IMG/VR virus record: IMGVR_UViG_3300034107_000364
DNA from: a virus
Taxonomy: Duplodnaviria; Heunggongvirae; Uroviricota; Caudoviricetes
DNA length: 16,215 nt
Reading direction: 5' to 3' (one strand)
Notes under the pieces: generated by a model
What the model saw: the letters and a program-made list of their open reading frames with translations, nothing else
Told to the model about the DNA's origin: nothing
The model's database searches: none
Shown: positions 1 to 7,221 of the stretch, one piece after another
Position numbering within the stretch: the first letter of the stretch is position 1
How the letters are laid out: every line of letters starts with the position of its first letter
Translations under genes and position numbers: made by a program

Positions 1-2
1 CG

Positions 3-479
3 ACTGCAACGCCAGTTCCTGAAGGATCATCTACATTCTGGTTCCACTGGAACGGAAATGGAGGTTATCCAGGAGTTAATTCATTAACTACACCTTCTTC
101 TGATTATTACTTAAACGATAATACAACTACAACTAATTTTGATTTAGTATTTGTCGATATGTTAGCGAATGAAGGAACTGCTAATAATGTAGAACAAATT
201 TATTTTGATACATTTAGTGCTATAAATAATACTGAAATACCTAACGGTACATTGTATTTTGCGGCTAATGTGGCTTCTTCACAAAGATATTACATTGCAA
301 TTCCAAAATCAGTTAGTACAACTGACTATGTAACGACAGCTAAATTCGCAGATGCTGCGAATGGAATTCCATTTACATTTGTATCTAAATTAGATTTCAC
401 ACATTTAGGAAATGCATACACTTTATATGAAGTATTTGACCAACCTCTATCTGGTGCATTAACACTAAACGTAGTATAA
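3..479 (+). CDS. 5'-truncated putative virion structural/fibre-associated protein with Pro/Thr linker (C-terminal 158 aa visible)
   Basis: The frame of the 159..479 ORF is open back to position 3 (TATPVPEGSSTFWFHWNGNGGYPGVNSLTTP...), so Met159 is probably internal. It begins with a TATPVP linker like the PTATP linkers of the 4398 protein, is beta-rich (YYIAIPKS, YTLYEV) and ends at TAA 477-479. Confidence 0.75.
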   Translation, partial: TATPVPEGSSTFWFHWNGNGGYPGVNSLTTPSSDYYLNDNTTTTNFDLVFVDMLANEGTANNVEQIYFDTFSAINNTEIPNGTLYFAANVASSQRYYIAIPKSVSTTDYVTTAKFADAANGIPFTFVSKLDFTHLGNAYTLYEVFDQPLSGALTLNVV

Positions 480-499
480 TAAAAATAATATAAAATAAA

Positions 500-3400
500 A
501 TGGGATTTACTAGACCAGTTTCAACACAATACGCCTTTGGTAATTTTATTTCGCCAAGTTCATCATTAAGTCCTTATGAAGGAATTGTACATGCACAACA
601 TGTAAAGGGTGGGTATCAAAAGGTATTTACAATTGAAGAAAGAAATGCCTTACCTATTTGGGGTGAAGCACCTGCACCAGTTACACATATTGGTTTTACA
701 GTTTCAAACGATGGTGGATATACAACGGGTATTCGATCAGTTGGTATGCTAGTTTATGTCATTGAAGAAAATAAATTTTATGTCTTAATACCTAAAGGAT
801 ATTGGGGCAATAATGGTGTTTTAGGTGATACTGAATGGCAAGCGTTACCACAATGGGTTCGCGCAGGTCTTTTAAAACCTAATAGTACACAAATATACAC
901 AAATGTTATAGGTGGACCTCCAACATTTTTACCACAATTATATACACCATCTTCAACTAATGGTAATGATCCATGGGTAGAAGTTAGTTTAAACGGTTTA
1001 GATGGTACTAATGGTACTTCTGGAATTGATGGAACAAGTGGTACTAATGGTACATCAGGAATTGATGGAACTTCAGGTTCAAGTGGAGTTAATGGTTTAC
1101 AAGGAGAAGCAGGTTATAGCACTGGTCAAATATTCTATATGAATGAATCAGTTACTGTAGTTAATAATGGTGGCGGTGCAAATGATCTTAATGAAATTTC
1201 ACCAATCCCAGTATCTAGTGTACAACAAATAGTAACTACTGATTTAACTCCGTTGCAATCAGATGTATTAGTTACTCAATTTATAACTCCAGTTGGATTA
1301 GGTGTTGCAGTAGTATCTGCTGGTATTCAATCATTTTTAATGCACTTCACTAAAGAAGTAGATTCACATGCTATTCAAGTATATGTTAAGGTTACTCGTA
1401 CAGATGCAGGTGGAATACCAATTGCTGTGTGGGGAACAACTACACCTACATTAATAGGATGGGACACTTCTACTGCAATTCCAGTGGATGTATATCAAGA
1501 CTTATTTTTAGAACAACATTATATAAGTCCTACTGATAAAGTATTAGTTCAAATTTATGCTATTAACGATGATAATCAAAATAGAACTATTAAATTTTAT
1601 ACAGAAGGCGTTTCAAATTATTCACATATAGTTTCATCTTTAGGTGCAACTGAAGGACCTGCGGGTTCTAATGGTACATCTGGAACAAATGGATCTAATG
1701 GTTCTTCAGGAACAAATGGTTCTTCAGGAACTAATGGTTCTTCTGGAACAAATGGTTCTTCTGGAACAAATGGAACAAATGGAACAAGCGGTGTAACTGG
1801 AAATCCTGGAACAAGCGGTTCTTCTGGAACAAATGGAACTAATGGTTCTTCTGGAACAAATGGAACTAATGGAACTAATGGTTCTGATGGATCTTCTGGA
1901 ACAAATGGAACAAATGGTACAAATGGATCTGATGGAACTTCAGGAACTAATGGTTCTTCAGGAACTAATGGAACTTCAGGAACTAATGGAACTTCAGGTT
2001 CAAATGGAACTGATGGAACTTCAGGTTCAAGAGGTAATGATGGATCTTCTGGTATTAATGGTACTAGTGGAATGGATGGATCACACGGAACTTCAGGAAC
2101 TAACGGAACTTCAGGAACTAATGGTAATAATGGTACATCTGGATTTGATGGTGCTGATGGTTCTTCAGGAACTAATGGTTCTTCTGGAACTAATGGTACA
2201 TCTGGTACTAATGGAACTTCAGGCGCTAAAGGTGATACTGGAACTTCTGGAACTAATGGTTCTTCTGGAACTAATGGTACATCGGGTTTAAATGGTTCAA
2301 ATGGCACAAGCGGTGCTAATGGTACATCAGGAACTAATGGTTCTTCTGGAACAAACGGTACGAGTGGTACTAATGGTTCAAATGGAACTTCAGGAACTAA
2401 TGGTTCTTCTGGAACAAATGGAACTAGTGGAACTAATGGTACATCTGGTACTAATGGTTCTTCTGGAACAAATGGAACTAATGGTTCTTCTGGAACAAAT
2501 GGAACTAGTGGTACTAATGGTTCAAATGGCACAAGCGGTATAAATGGAACTTCTGGAACTAATGGAACTAGTGGTATTGATGGTCGTAATGGATTAGATG
2601 GAACTTCTGGAACTGATGGTTCAAGTGGTATAAATGGAGAACGTGGTACATCAGGTACTAATGGTTCTTCTGGAACAAATGGATCTTCAGGAACTAATGG
2701 TTCTTCTGGAACTAACGGAACTTCAGGTACACATGGAACTAACGGAACTTCAGGTGCAAATGGAACAAGTGGAACTAACGGAACTTCAGGAACTAATGGT
2801 ACTAGTGGTACAAATGGTTCTTCAGGTAGAGATGGTACTAACGGAACTTCAGGTGCAAATGGAACAAGTGGAACTAACGGAACTTCTGGAACTAATGGTA
2901 CTTCAGGTACACATGGAACTAACGGAACTTCAGGAACTAACGGAACTTCTGGAACTAATGGTACTAGTGGTATAAATGGAACAAGTGGAACTGATGGTAT
3001 AAACGGAGAGCGTGGAACTTCAGGTACAGATGGTTCTTCAGGTAGAGATGGTATAAATGGAACTTCAGGTGCAAATGGTTCTTCTGGAATTAATGGTACT
3101 AGTGGTTCTTCTGGAATTAATGGTACTAGTGGTACTAATGGTTCTTCAGGAACTAATGGAACATCTGGTTTAAATGGTACTAGTGGTACAAACGGAGAGC
3201 GTGGAACTTCAGGAACTAATGGAACTAATGGAACAAGTGGTACTAATGGAACATCAGGAACTAATGGAACATCAGGAACTAATGGTTCTTCAGGAACACA
3301 TGGAACTAACGGTACAAGTGGTACTAATGGTTCTTCAGGAACTAATGGTACATCTGGCGCAAATGGTACTTCAGGAACTAATGGTTCTTCAGGTACAAAT

Positions 3401-4384
3401 GGAACTAGTGGTACAAACGGTGAGCGTGGAACTTCAGGAACTAATGGATCTTCAGGAATAAATGGTTCTAATGGTACAAGCGGTACTAATGGAACTTCTG
3501 GAACTAATGGAACTTCAGGAACACATGGTACTAATGGTACATCTGGAACTAATGGAACATCAGGAACTAATGGTTCTTCAGGAACTAATGGTACTTCTGG
3601 TACAAATGGTTCTTCAGGTAGAGATGGTACAAGCGGTTCAAGCGGTATTAATGGTACATCTGGAACTAATGGTACAAGTGGTACTAATGGTACATCTGGA
3701 ACTAATGGTTCTTCAGGAATTAATGGAACTAATGGAACATCAGGAACTAATGGTACTTCTGGTTTAAATGGTACGAGTGGTACTAATGGAACTTCAGGTA
3801 AAGATGGTACAAGCGGTTCTTCTGGTAGAGATGGTACAAGTGGTACTAATGGAACTTCAGGAACACATGGTACAAATGGTACATCTGGAACTAATGGTTC
3901 TTCAGGAACAAATGGTACAAATGGTTCTTCAGGAACAAATGGTACATCAGGTATCAATGGACAACCTGGACAACCTGGAGAAGCGGGCATAGGATCATGT
4001 TATGAACATGTATCAATTTGTGCAACTCCAAGAGATGAAAAAATTACAAATCAATCACTTCAAAAATCATTTGTATTAATACCATATACATTTGCTTTAG
4101 AAGGTATGATTTTAACTGGAATTGAGTCTTCATACGGTGTAAGTGATAATACACAAGAAGTTAGATACACTCTATGGGGTGTAGATGCAACTGGAACCGC
4201 ATCAGTATTATTAGTTTGGGATCATGCAAGTAATACTAAATTTGCAGAAAGCATATACAATAATGTCGCTGCTCAATTATGGGATAATAAATATGTATAT
4301 GTTACTGGTAATCAATCAGACTACGATGGAGTTGGATTTACAGTAACTGCAATATTTACTAACTCAAATTGTACACCGAAATAA
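500..4384 (+). CDS. Collagen-like (Gly-X-Y) fibre protein, 1294 aa: N-terminal globular module, 14-triplet collagen segment, central globular domain, about 260-triplet collagen segment, C-terminal globular domain
   Basis: Long ORF with an A-rich TAAAA start context. Gly occurs at every third residue over 995-1120 and 1655-3994. The non-repetitive domains have normal protein composition. Tail-fibre or virion-appendage function is inferred from architecture and neighbours. Confidence 0.9.
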   Translation: MGFTRPVSTQYAFGNFISPSSSLSPYEGIVHAQHVKGGYQKVFTIEERNALPIWGEAPAPVTHIGFTVSNDGGYTTGIRSVGMLVYVIEENKFYVLIPKGYWGNNGVLGDTEWQALPQWVRAGLLKPNSTQIYTNVIGGPPTFLPQLYTPSSTNGNDPWVEVSLNGLDGTNGTSGIDGTSGTNGTSGIDGTSGSSGVNGLQGEAGYSTGQIFYMNESVTVVNNGGGANDLNEISPIPVSSVQQIVTTDLTPLQSDVLVTQFITPVGLGVAVVSAGIQSFLMHFTKEVDSHAIQVYVKVTRTDAGGIPIAVWGTTTPTLIGWDTSTAIPVDVYQDLFLEQHYISPTDKVLVQIYAINDDNQNRTIKFYTEGVSNYSHIVSSLGATEGPAGSNGTSGTNGSNGSSGTNGSSGTNGSSGTNGSSGTNGTNGTSGVTGNPGTSGSSGTNGTNGSSGTNGTNGTNGSDGSSGTNGTNGTNGSDGTSGTNGSSGTNGTSGTNGTSGSNGTDGTSGSRGNDGSSGINGTSGMDGSHGTSGTNGTSGTNGNNGTSGFDGADGSSGTNGSSGTNGTSGTNGTSGAKGDTGTSGTNGSSGTNGTSGLNGSNGTSGANGTSGTNGSSGTNGTSGTNGSNGTSGTNGSSGTNGTSGTNGTSGTNGSSGTNGTNGSSGTNGTSGTNGSNGTSGINGTSGTNGTSGIDGRNGLDGTSGTDGSSGINGERGTSGTNGSSGTNGSSGTNGSSGTNGTSGTHGTNGTSGANGTSGTNGTSGTNGTSGTNGSSGRDGTNGTSGANGTSGTNGTSGTNGTSGTHGTNGTSGTNGTSGTNGTSGINGTSGTDGINGERGTSGTDGSSGRDGINGTSGANGSSGINGTSGSSGINGTSGTNGSSGTNGTSGLNGTSGTNGERGTSGTNGTNGTSGTNGTSGTNGTSGTNGSSGTHGTNGTSGTNGSSGTNGTSGANGTSGTNGSSGTNGTSGTNGERGTSGTNGSSGINGSNGTSGTNGTSGTNGTSGTHGTNGTSGTNGTSGTNGSSGTNGTSGTNGSSGRDGTSGSSGINGTSGTNGTSGTNGTSGTNGSSGINGTNGTSGTNGTSGLNGTSGTNGTSGKDGTSGSSGRDGTSGTNGTSGTHGTNGTSGTNGSSGTNGTNGSSGTNGTSGINGQPGQPGEAGIGSCYEHVSICATPRDEKITNQSLQKSFVLIPYTFALEGMILTGIESSYGVSDNTQEVRYTLWGVDATGTASVLLVWDHASNTKFAESIYNNVAAQLWDNKYVYVTGNQSDYDGVGFTVTAIFTNSNCTPK
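995..1120 (+). repeat. Short Gly-X-Y segment (14 triplets, GLD...GYS)
   Basis: GLD GTN GTS GID GTS GTN GTS GID GTS GSS GVN GLQ GEA GYS, read directly. Confidence 0.9.
1655..3994 (+). repeat. Long Gly-X-Y coding repeat (about 260 triplets; 9-nt period; mostly GTN, GTS, GSS)
   Basis: Runs from GPA (1655) to GIG (ends 3994). Gly codons checked at 2636, 2726, 2825, 3005, 3194, 3419, 3617, 3860 and 3977 are all multiples of 9 nt from 1655, and no break was seen in the translation. Confidence 0.95.
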
Positions 4385-4397
4385 AATAAAATAAATA

Positions 4398-7118
4398 ATG
4401 GCATTATCTGTAAGCTCATATGGGCAATCTTGTGTACCACCGACTAGTTTTGTAAGTTTAGCTTATGATCCATTAAGTCCTAATAATATTAACAATTCAA
4501 ATGTTTTTAAGACTTATTCTACAAATGGTCTAGCTATAAACCAAAATAAATTAACTATTCCAACTCAATGTACTACAGGGTTAGATATAGTATTTTTAGT
4601 TGACTATACTGGATCTATGGACGGTGCAATCAATGGTGTTAAAGCTGGTATTGCTAATATTTTAAGTACTATCGATAGTGAATCATTAGGTAATTATAGA
4701 GTAGGACTTTGCATATTTGATGAATATGCCGGTAATCTAACATCTCCACCGTCAAACAACTATGGACAGACATCTATATACTTAAATTTACCAGCATCAC
4801 AAAAAGCTGTGATAAACACATTTAATAATAGAACTCAATTTATTACATGTATGCAACCATTAGGTAATGTTGGTTCAATTACTGATTTTCAAACAAAACT
4901 TAATTTATTAGCTACACCTAGTTTTCCTTTAGGATATGGTCAAGGTGCGCCAGAACCCGGTGGTTTAGGGATCAATGAAATATTGTCTAATAATATTGCA
5001 GGATCATTTAGATCTGATGCAATTAAACTTATTATTTTAATAACTGATGATGTTCCAGGTGGAAATGACGATGTTAATAATTCAACAGATCAAACTTATT
5101 TTGAATATAATTTATTAGGTATTTGTAATTCATACGATGCACAATTAATGGTACAAAGTTCATTAGCATCAACATATCCTGGTAATTATTATTATGGCTT
5201 ATCTACTGCAACTACTCCAGTTGGAAGATACGATCAAGTTACATTTGATAGTAACGGTAACTGGATCAACACAGGCTTAATCTCTGGCATACAAACTTTA
5301 TGTGACAATAGTTATATAGCTACGTGTGAAACAGCGCCCAGTGGATGGTATTATGAAGCAGGATCAGCATATGCTGTATACTACGATAGTGTACTTGGTT
5401 ATGTAACTGATGAGTATTGGTTTCCACCTACTTATAGTATTTCTGCTAATAAAACACAAGTCAATGAAGAAAATGTAAAAATTACATTTGTAGTTGACAC
5501 ACAATATTTAAATGCATCACCAACAACACTTTGGTGGGAATTAGGACCATATAATGCAAATGCAAGTGATTTGGTTGAAGCTATCAACAATGGTTATGTA
5601 GTAATTACTACTACTTCGGGTGTAAATGGTCAAGGTGTATTTGAATTAACCACAAAATCTGATAATTTAACAGAAGGTGATGAATGGTTGATTGTAAAAC
5701 TTACTAATGCTAGTAGTATTGTATTAGATACAGTTAATGTAAGAATACTTGACAGTTCGTTAAACCTACCAACGGCAACGCCAATTCCACCAACAGCAAC
5801 AGCTGTACCTTGTTATACTTATAATTTTCAATTAACAGATAGTTGGAATAGTGGTTACATACAATATACAATGTGTGATGGTAGAAGTGATACAGTGTAT
5901 TTAACACCATATTCTCAACCTGTTGTTTTATGTGTAAAAGCAATTGCATATTATCAAAATATTATTATAACACAAATTGGATCTCAATGTTATTCATCTT
6001 CGGGTGCAGGTGCAGGTTATCCAACAGCAACACCGATTCCACCAACACCAACTACATATATACCAGAACCGACCTTAGTTCCTCCGACATCAACTCCGAG
6101 ACCAACTGATGCACCTTCGGGTACATGTTATCATGTATGGGTAGCTGATACAGTGGACATATTTAGATATGGATTAGGTTATAATTTTGGAAGTTATATA
6201 CAAAGAACATTTAATGAAATGCTAGCTTCACCTTATTATTATAATGGAAGATCTGGAGCAGTATATTCAGTATGTAGTAGTTCAGTGCCAAGTACATGGG
6301 ACTCATCAGAAATGGTATTTATAATTTCAGATGATATTTTCGTAATTGACCAAACTATTGGATGTACAAGTGAATTTGGATGTAGTTACAGCGAATATAT
6401 TCCAAATCCTACAGCAACACCAGATAAACCTACTCCAACTGTATATAGATCATGGTTAGCAGAAAGAAATGATGGAGGTGTATATTCGTATGTGGGACCA
6501 TATAGTGATTTATATAATCTTGATCAATTAGTATATGTAGACGATGCATCTGGAACGTGTTGGAGATTAGTTCAGCCTGATACAACACCACCTGAGTATA
6601 CTATATTTGAATTATGTGCCGGAACTCCAGGAGGATGTTTACTAGAAGGAACTTTAGTTAAATTATCAAACGGTACTCACGCTACAATAGAATCGTTAAC
6701 AATTGGTATGGAATTATCTTCAATGATAATAGGTAATATGCCAGATGGAGATAATTATCAGAATTTAATACAATGGTCTCAAACAAATCCAACTTTATCT
6801 AATACATCGGCTACAGTTACTCAAAATACTGAACACATTGTAAATAGCGTGTTAAGTTTTAATGATGGTTTATTAACTTCAAGTGAAGATCACGTGCATA
6901 TTATAAAAAGAAATTCAGTATGGTCTGTAATGAAAGCTAATGATATTTTAGTTGGCGATTCATTTATTAATCAAGATGGATATGAACATCTAATTACTTC
7001 TATTGTAAAAAATAGTGGATCATTTAAAGTTTATAAATTAGACGTAGAGTCTAATGATGTATACGTAGCAAATGGTATAATTACACACAATAGAAAAGAA
7101 GATCCTATAGCACCATAA
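4398..7118 (+). CDS. Multidomain adhesin-like protein, 906 aa: VWA, Calx-beta-like domain, Pro/Thr linkers with Cys-containing modules, C-terminal Hint domain
   Basis: MIDAS-like LDIVFLVDYTGSM and IKLIILITDD; YSISANKTQVNEE...DNLTEGDEWLIVKL...VRILDSS; PTATP linkers; CLLEGT...SEDH...VYKLDVESNDVYVANGIITHN. Confidence 0.88.
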   Translation: MALSVSSYGQSCVPPTSFVSLAYDPLSPNNINNSNVFKTYSTNGLAINQNKLTIPTQCTTGLDIVFLVDYTGSMDGAINGVKAGIANILSTIDSESLGNYRVGLCIFDEYAGNLTSPPSNNYGQTSIYLNLPASQKAVINTFNNRTQFITCMQPLGNVGSITDFQTKLNLLATPSFPLGYGQGAPEPGGLGINEILSNNIAGSFRSDAIKLIILITDDVPGGNDDVNNSTDQTYFEYNLLGICNSYDAQLMVQSSLASTYPGNYYYGLSTATTPVGRYDQVTFDSNGNWINTGLISGIQTLCDNSYIATCETAPSGWYYEAGSAYAVYYDSVLGYVTDEYWFPPTYSISANKTQVNEENVKITFVVDTQYLNASPTTLWWELGPYNANASDLVEAINNGYVVITTTSGVNGQGVFELTTKSDNLTEGDEWLIVKLTNASSIVLDTVNVRILDSSLNLPTATPIPPTATAVPCYTYNFQLTDSWNSGYIQYTMCDGRSDTVYLTPYSQPVVLCVKAIAYYQNIIITQIGSQCYSSSGAGAGYPTATPIPPTPTTYIPEPTLVPPTSTPRPTDAPSGTCYHVWVADTVDIFRYGLGYNFGSYIQRTFNEMLASPYYYNGRSGAVYSVCSSSVPSTWDSSEMVFIISDDIFVIDQTIGCTSEFGCSYSEYIPNPTATPDKPTPTVYRSWLAERNDGGVYSYVGPYSDLYNLDQLVYVDDASGTCWRLVQPDTTPPEYTIFELCAGTPGGCLLEGTLVKLSNGTHATIESLTIGMELSSMIIGNMPDGDNYQNLIQWSQTNPTLSNTSATVTQNTEHIVNSVLSFNDGLLTSSEDHVHIIKRNSVWSVMKANDILVGDSFINQDGYEHLITSIVKNSGSFKVYKLDVESNDVYVANGIITHNRKEDPIAP
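4581..5303 (+). other. VWA (von Willebrand factor A) domain
   Basis: Hydrophobic strand followed by D-Y-T-G-S (DxSxS-type MIDAS variant; Asp codon at 4602), later the APEPG loop and the LIILITDD strand typical of VWA. Boundaries approximate. Confidence 0.8.
5430..5760 (+). other. Calx-beta-like / Ig-like beta-sandwich domain
   Basis: TYSISANKTQVNEE start, D-x-L-T-E-G-D-E-x-L-x-V-x-L core and V-x-I-x-D-S-S end resemble Calx-beta repeats. Recognised by eye only. Confidence 0.55.
6636..7091 (+). other. Hint (intein-like, BIL-type) autoprocessing domain, 152 aa, no endonuclease
   Basis: N-terminal Cys747 in GG|CLLEGTLV (block A), S-E-D-H matching the block B TxxH, VYKLDVESNDVYVANG (block F) and terminal His897-Asn898, followed by the 8-aa tail RKEDPIAP. 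Confidence 0.88.
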
Positions 7119-7140
7119 TTATAGTTTAACATAAAATATT

Positions 7141-7169
7141 AAAGGGACGCAAAGCGACCCTTTTTTTTT
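7141..7169 (+). terminator. Intrinsic (Rho-independent) terminator
   Basis: AAAGGGACGC-AAA-GCGACCC followed by T9. The GC stem has one A.A mismatch. It lies 22 nt after the stop of the structural block and is the only such hairpin noticed in the window. Confidence 0.8.
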
Positions 7170-7186
7170 GCTATAAACAAAAACCC

Positions 7187-7196
7187 GATATATAAT
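7187..7196 (+). promoter_or_regulatory. Candidate phage promoter motif GATATATAAT
   Basis: Lies between the terminator and the first glycosylation gene. An identical 10-mer precedes the leader-peptide array at 12283. Confidence 0.45.
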
Positions 7197-7221
7197 ATAA
7201 CAATTAAAACTATTATATCAT

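Noticed and set aside
221-228. TATAAATA (T4 late promoter consensus)
   Set aside because: Lies inside a coding region in AT-rich DNA; probably chance.
1618-3990. 790-aa minus-strand ORF (PLV/PEV/PFV repeats)
   Set aside because: Antisense shadow of the collagen repeat. Gly GGN codons give CCN (Pro) every third codon in the shifted antisense frame, and the G/T/N/S/D codon set almost never produces antisense stops. It ends where the repeat ends.
1833-3992. Series of plus-strand MEL/MVL-rich ORFs (1833, 2292, 2634, 3174, 3462, 3768)
   Set aside because: Out-of-frame reads of the same repeat; AAT-GGN junctions create ATG. No independent evidence of coding.
995-3994. CRISPR array or ice-nucleation protein
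   Set aside because: The repeats are 9-nt coding units with synonymous variation and no unique spacers, and they lack the AGYGSTxT ice-nucleation repeat.
6636-7091. Mobile intein with homing endonuclease
   Set aside because: Only 152 aa, no LAGLIDADG or HNH insert, +1 residue is Arg, and it sits at the protein end rather than within a conserved enzyme.
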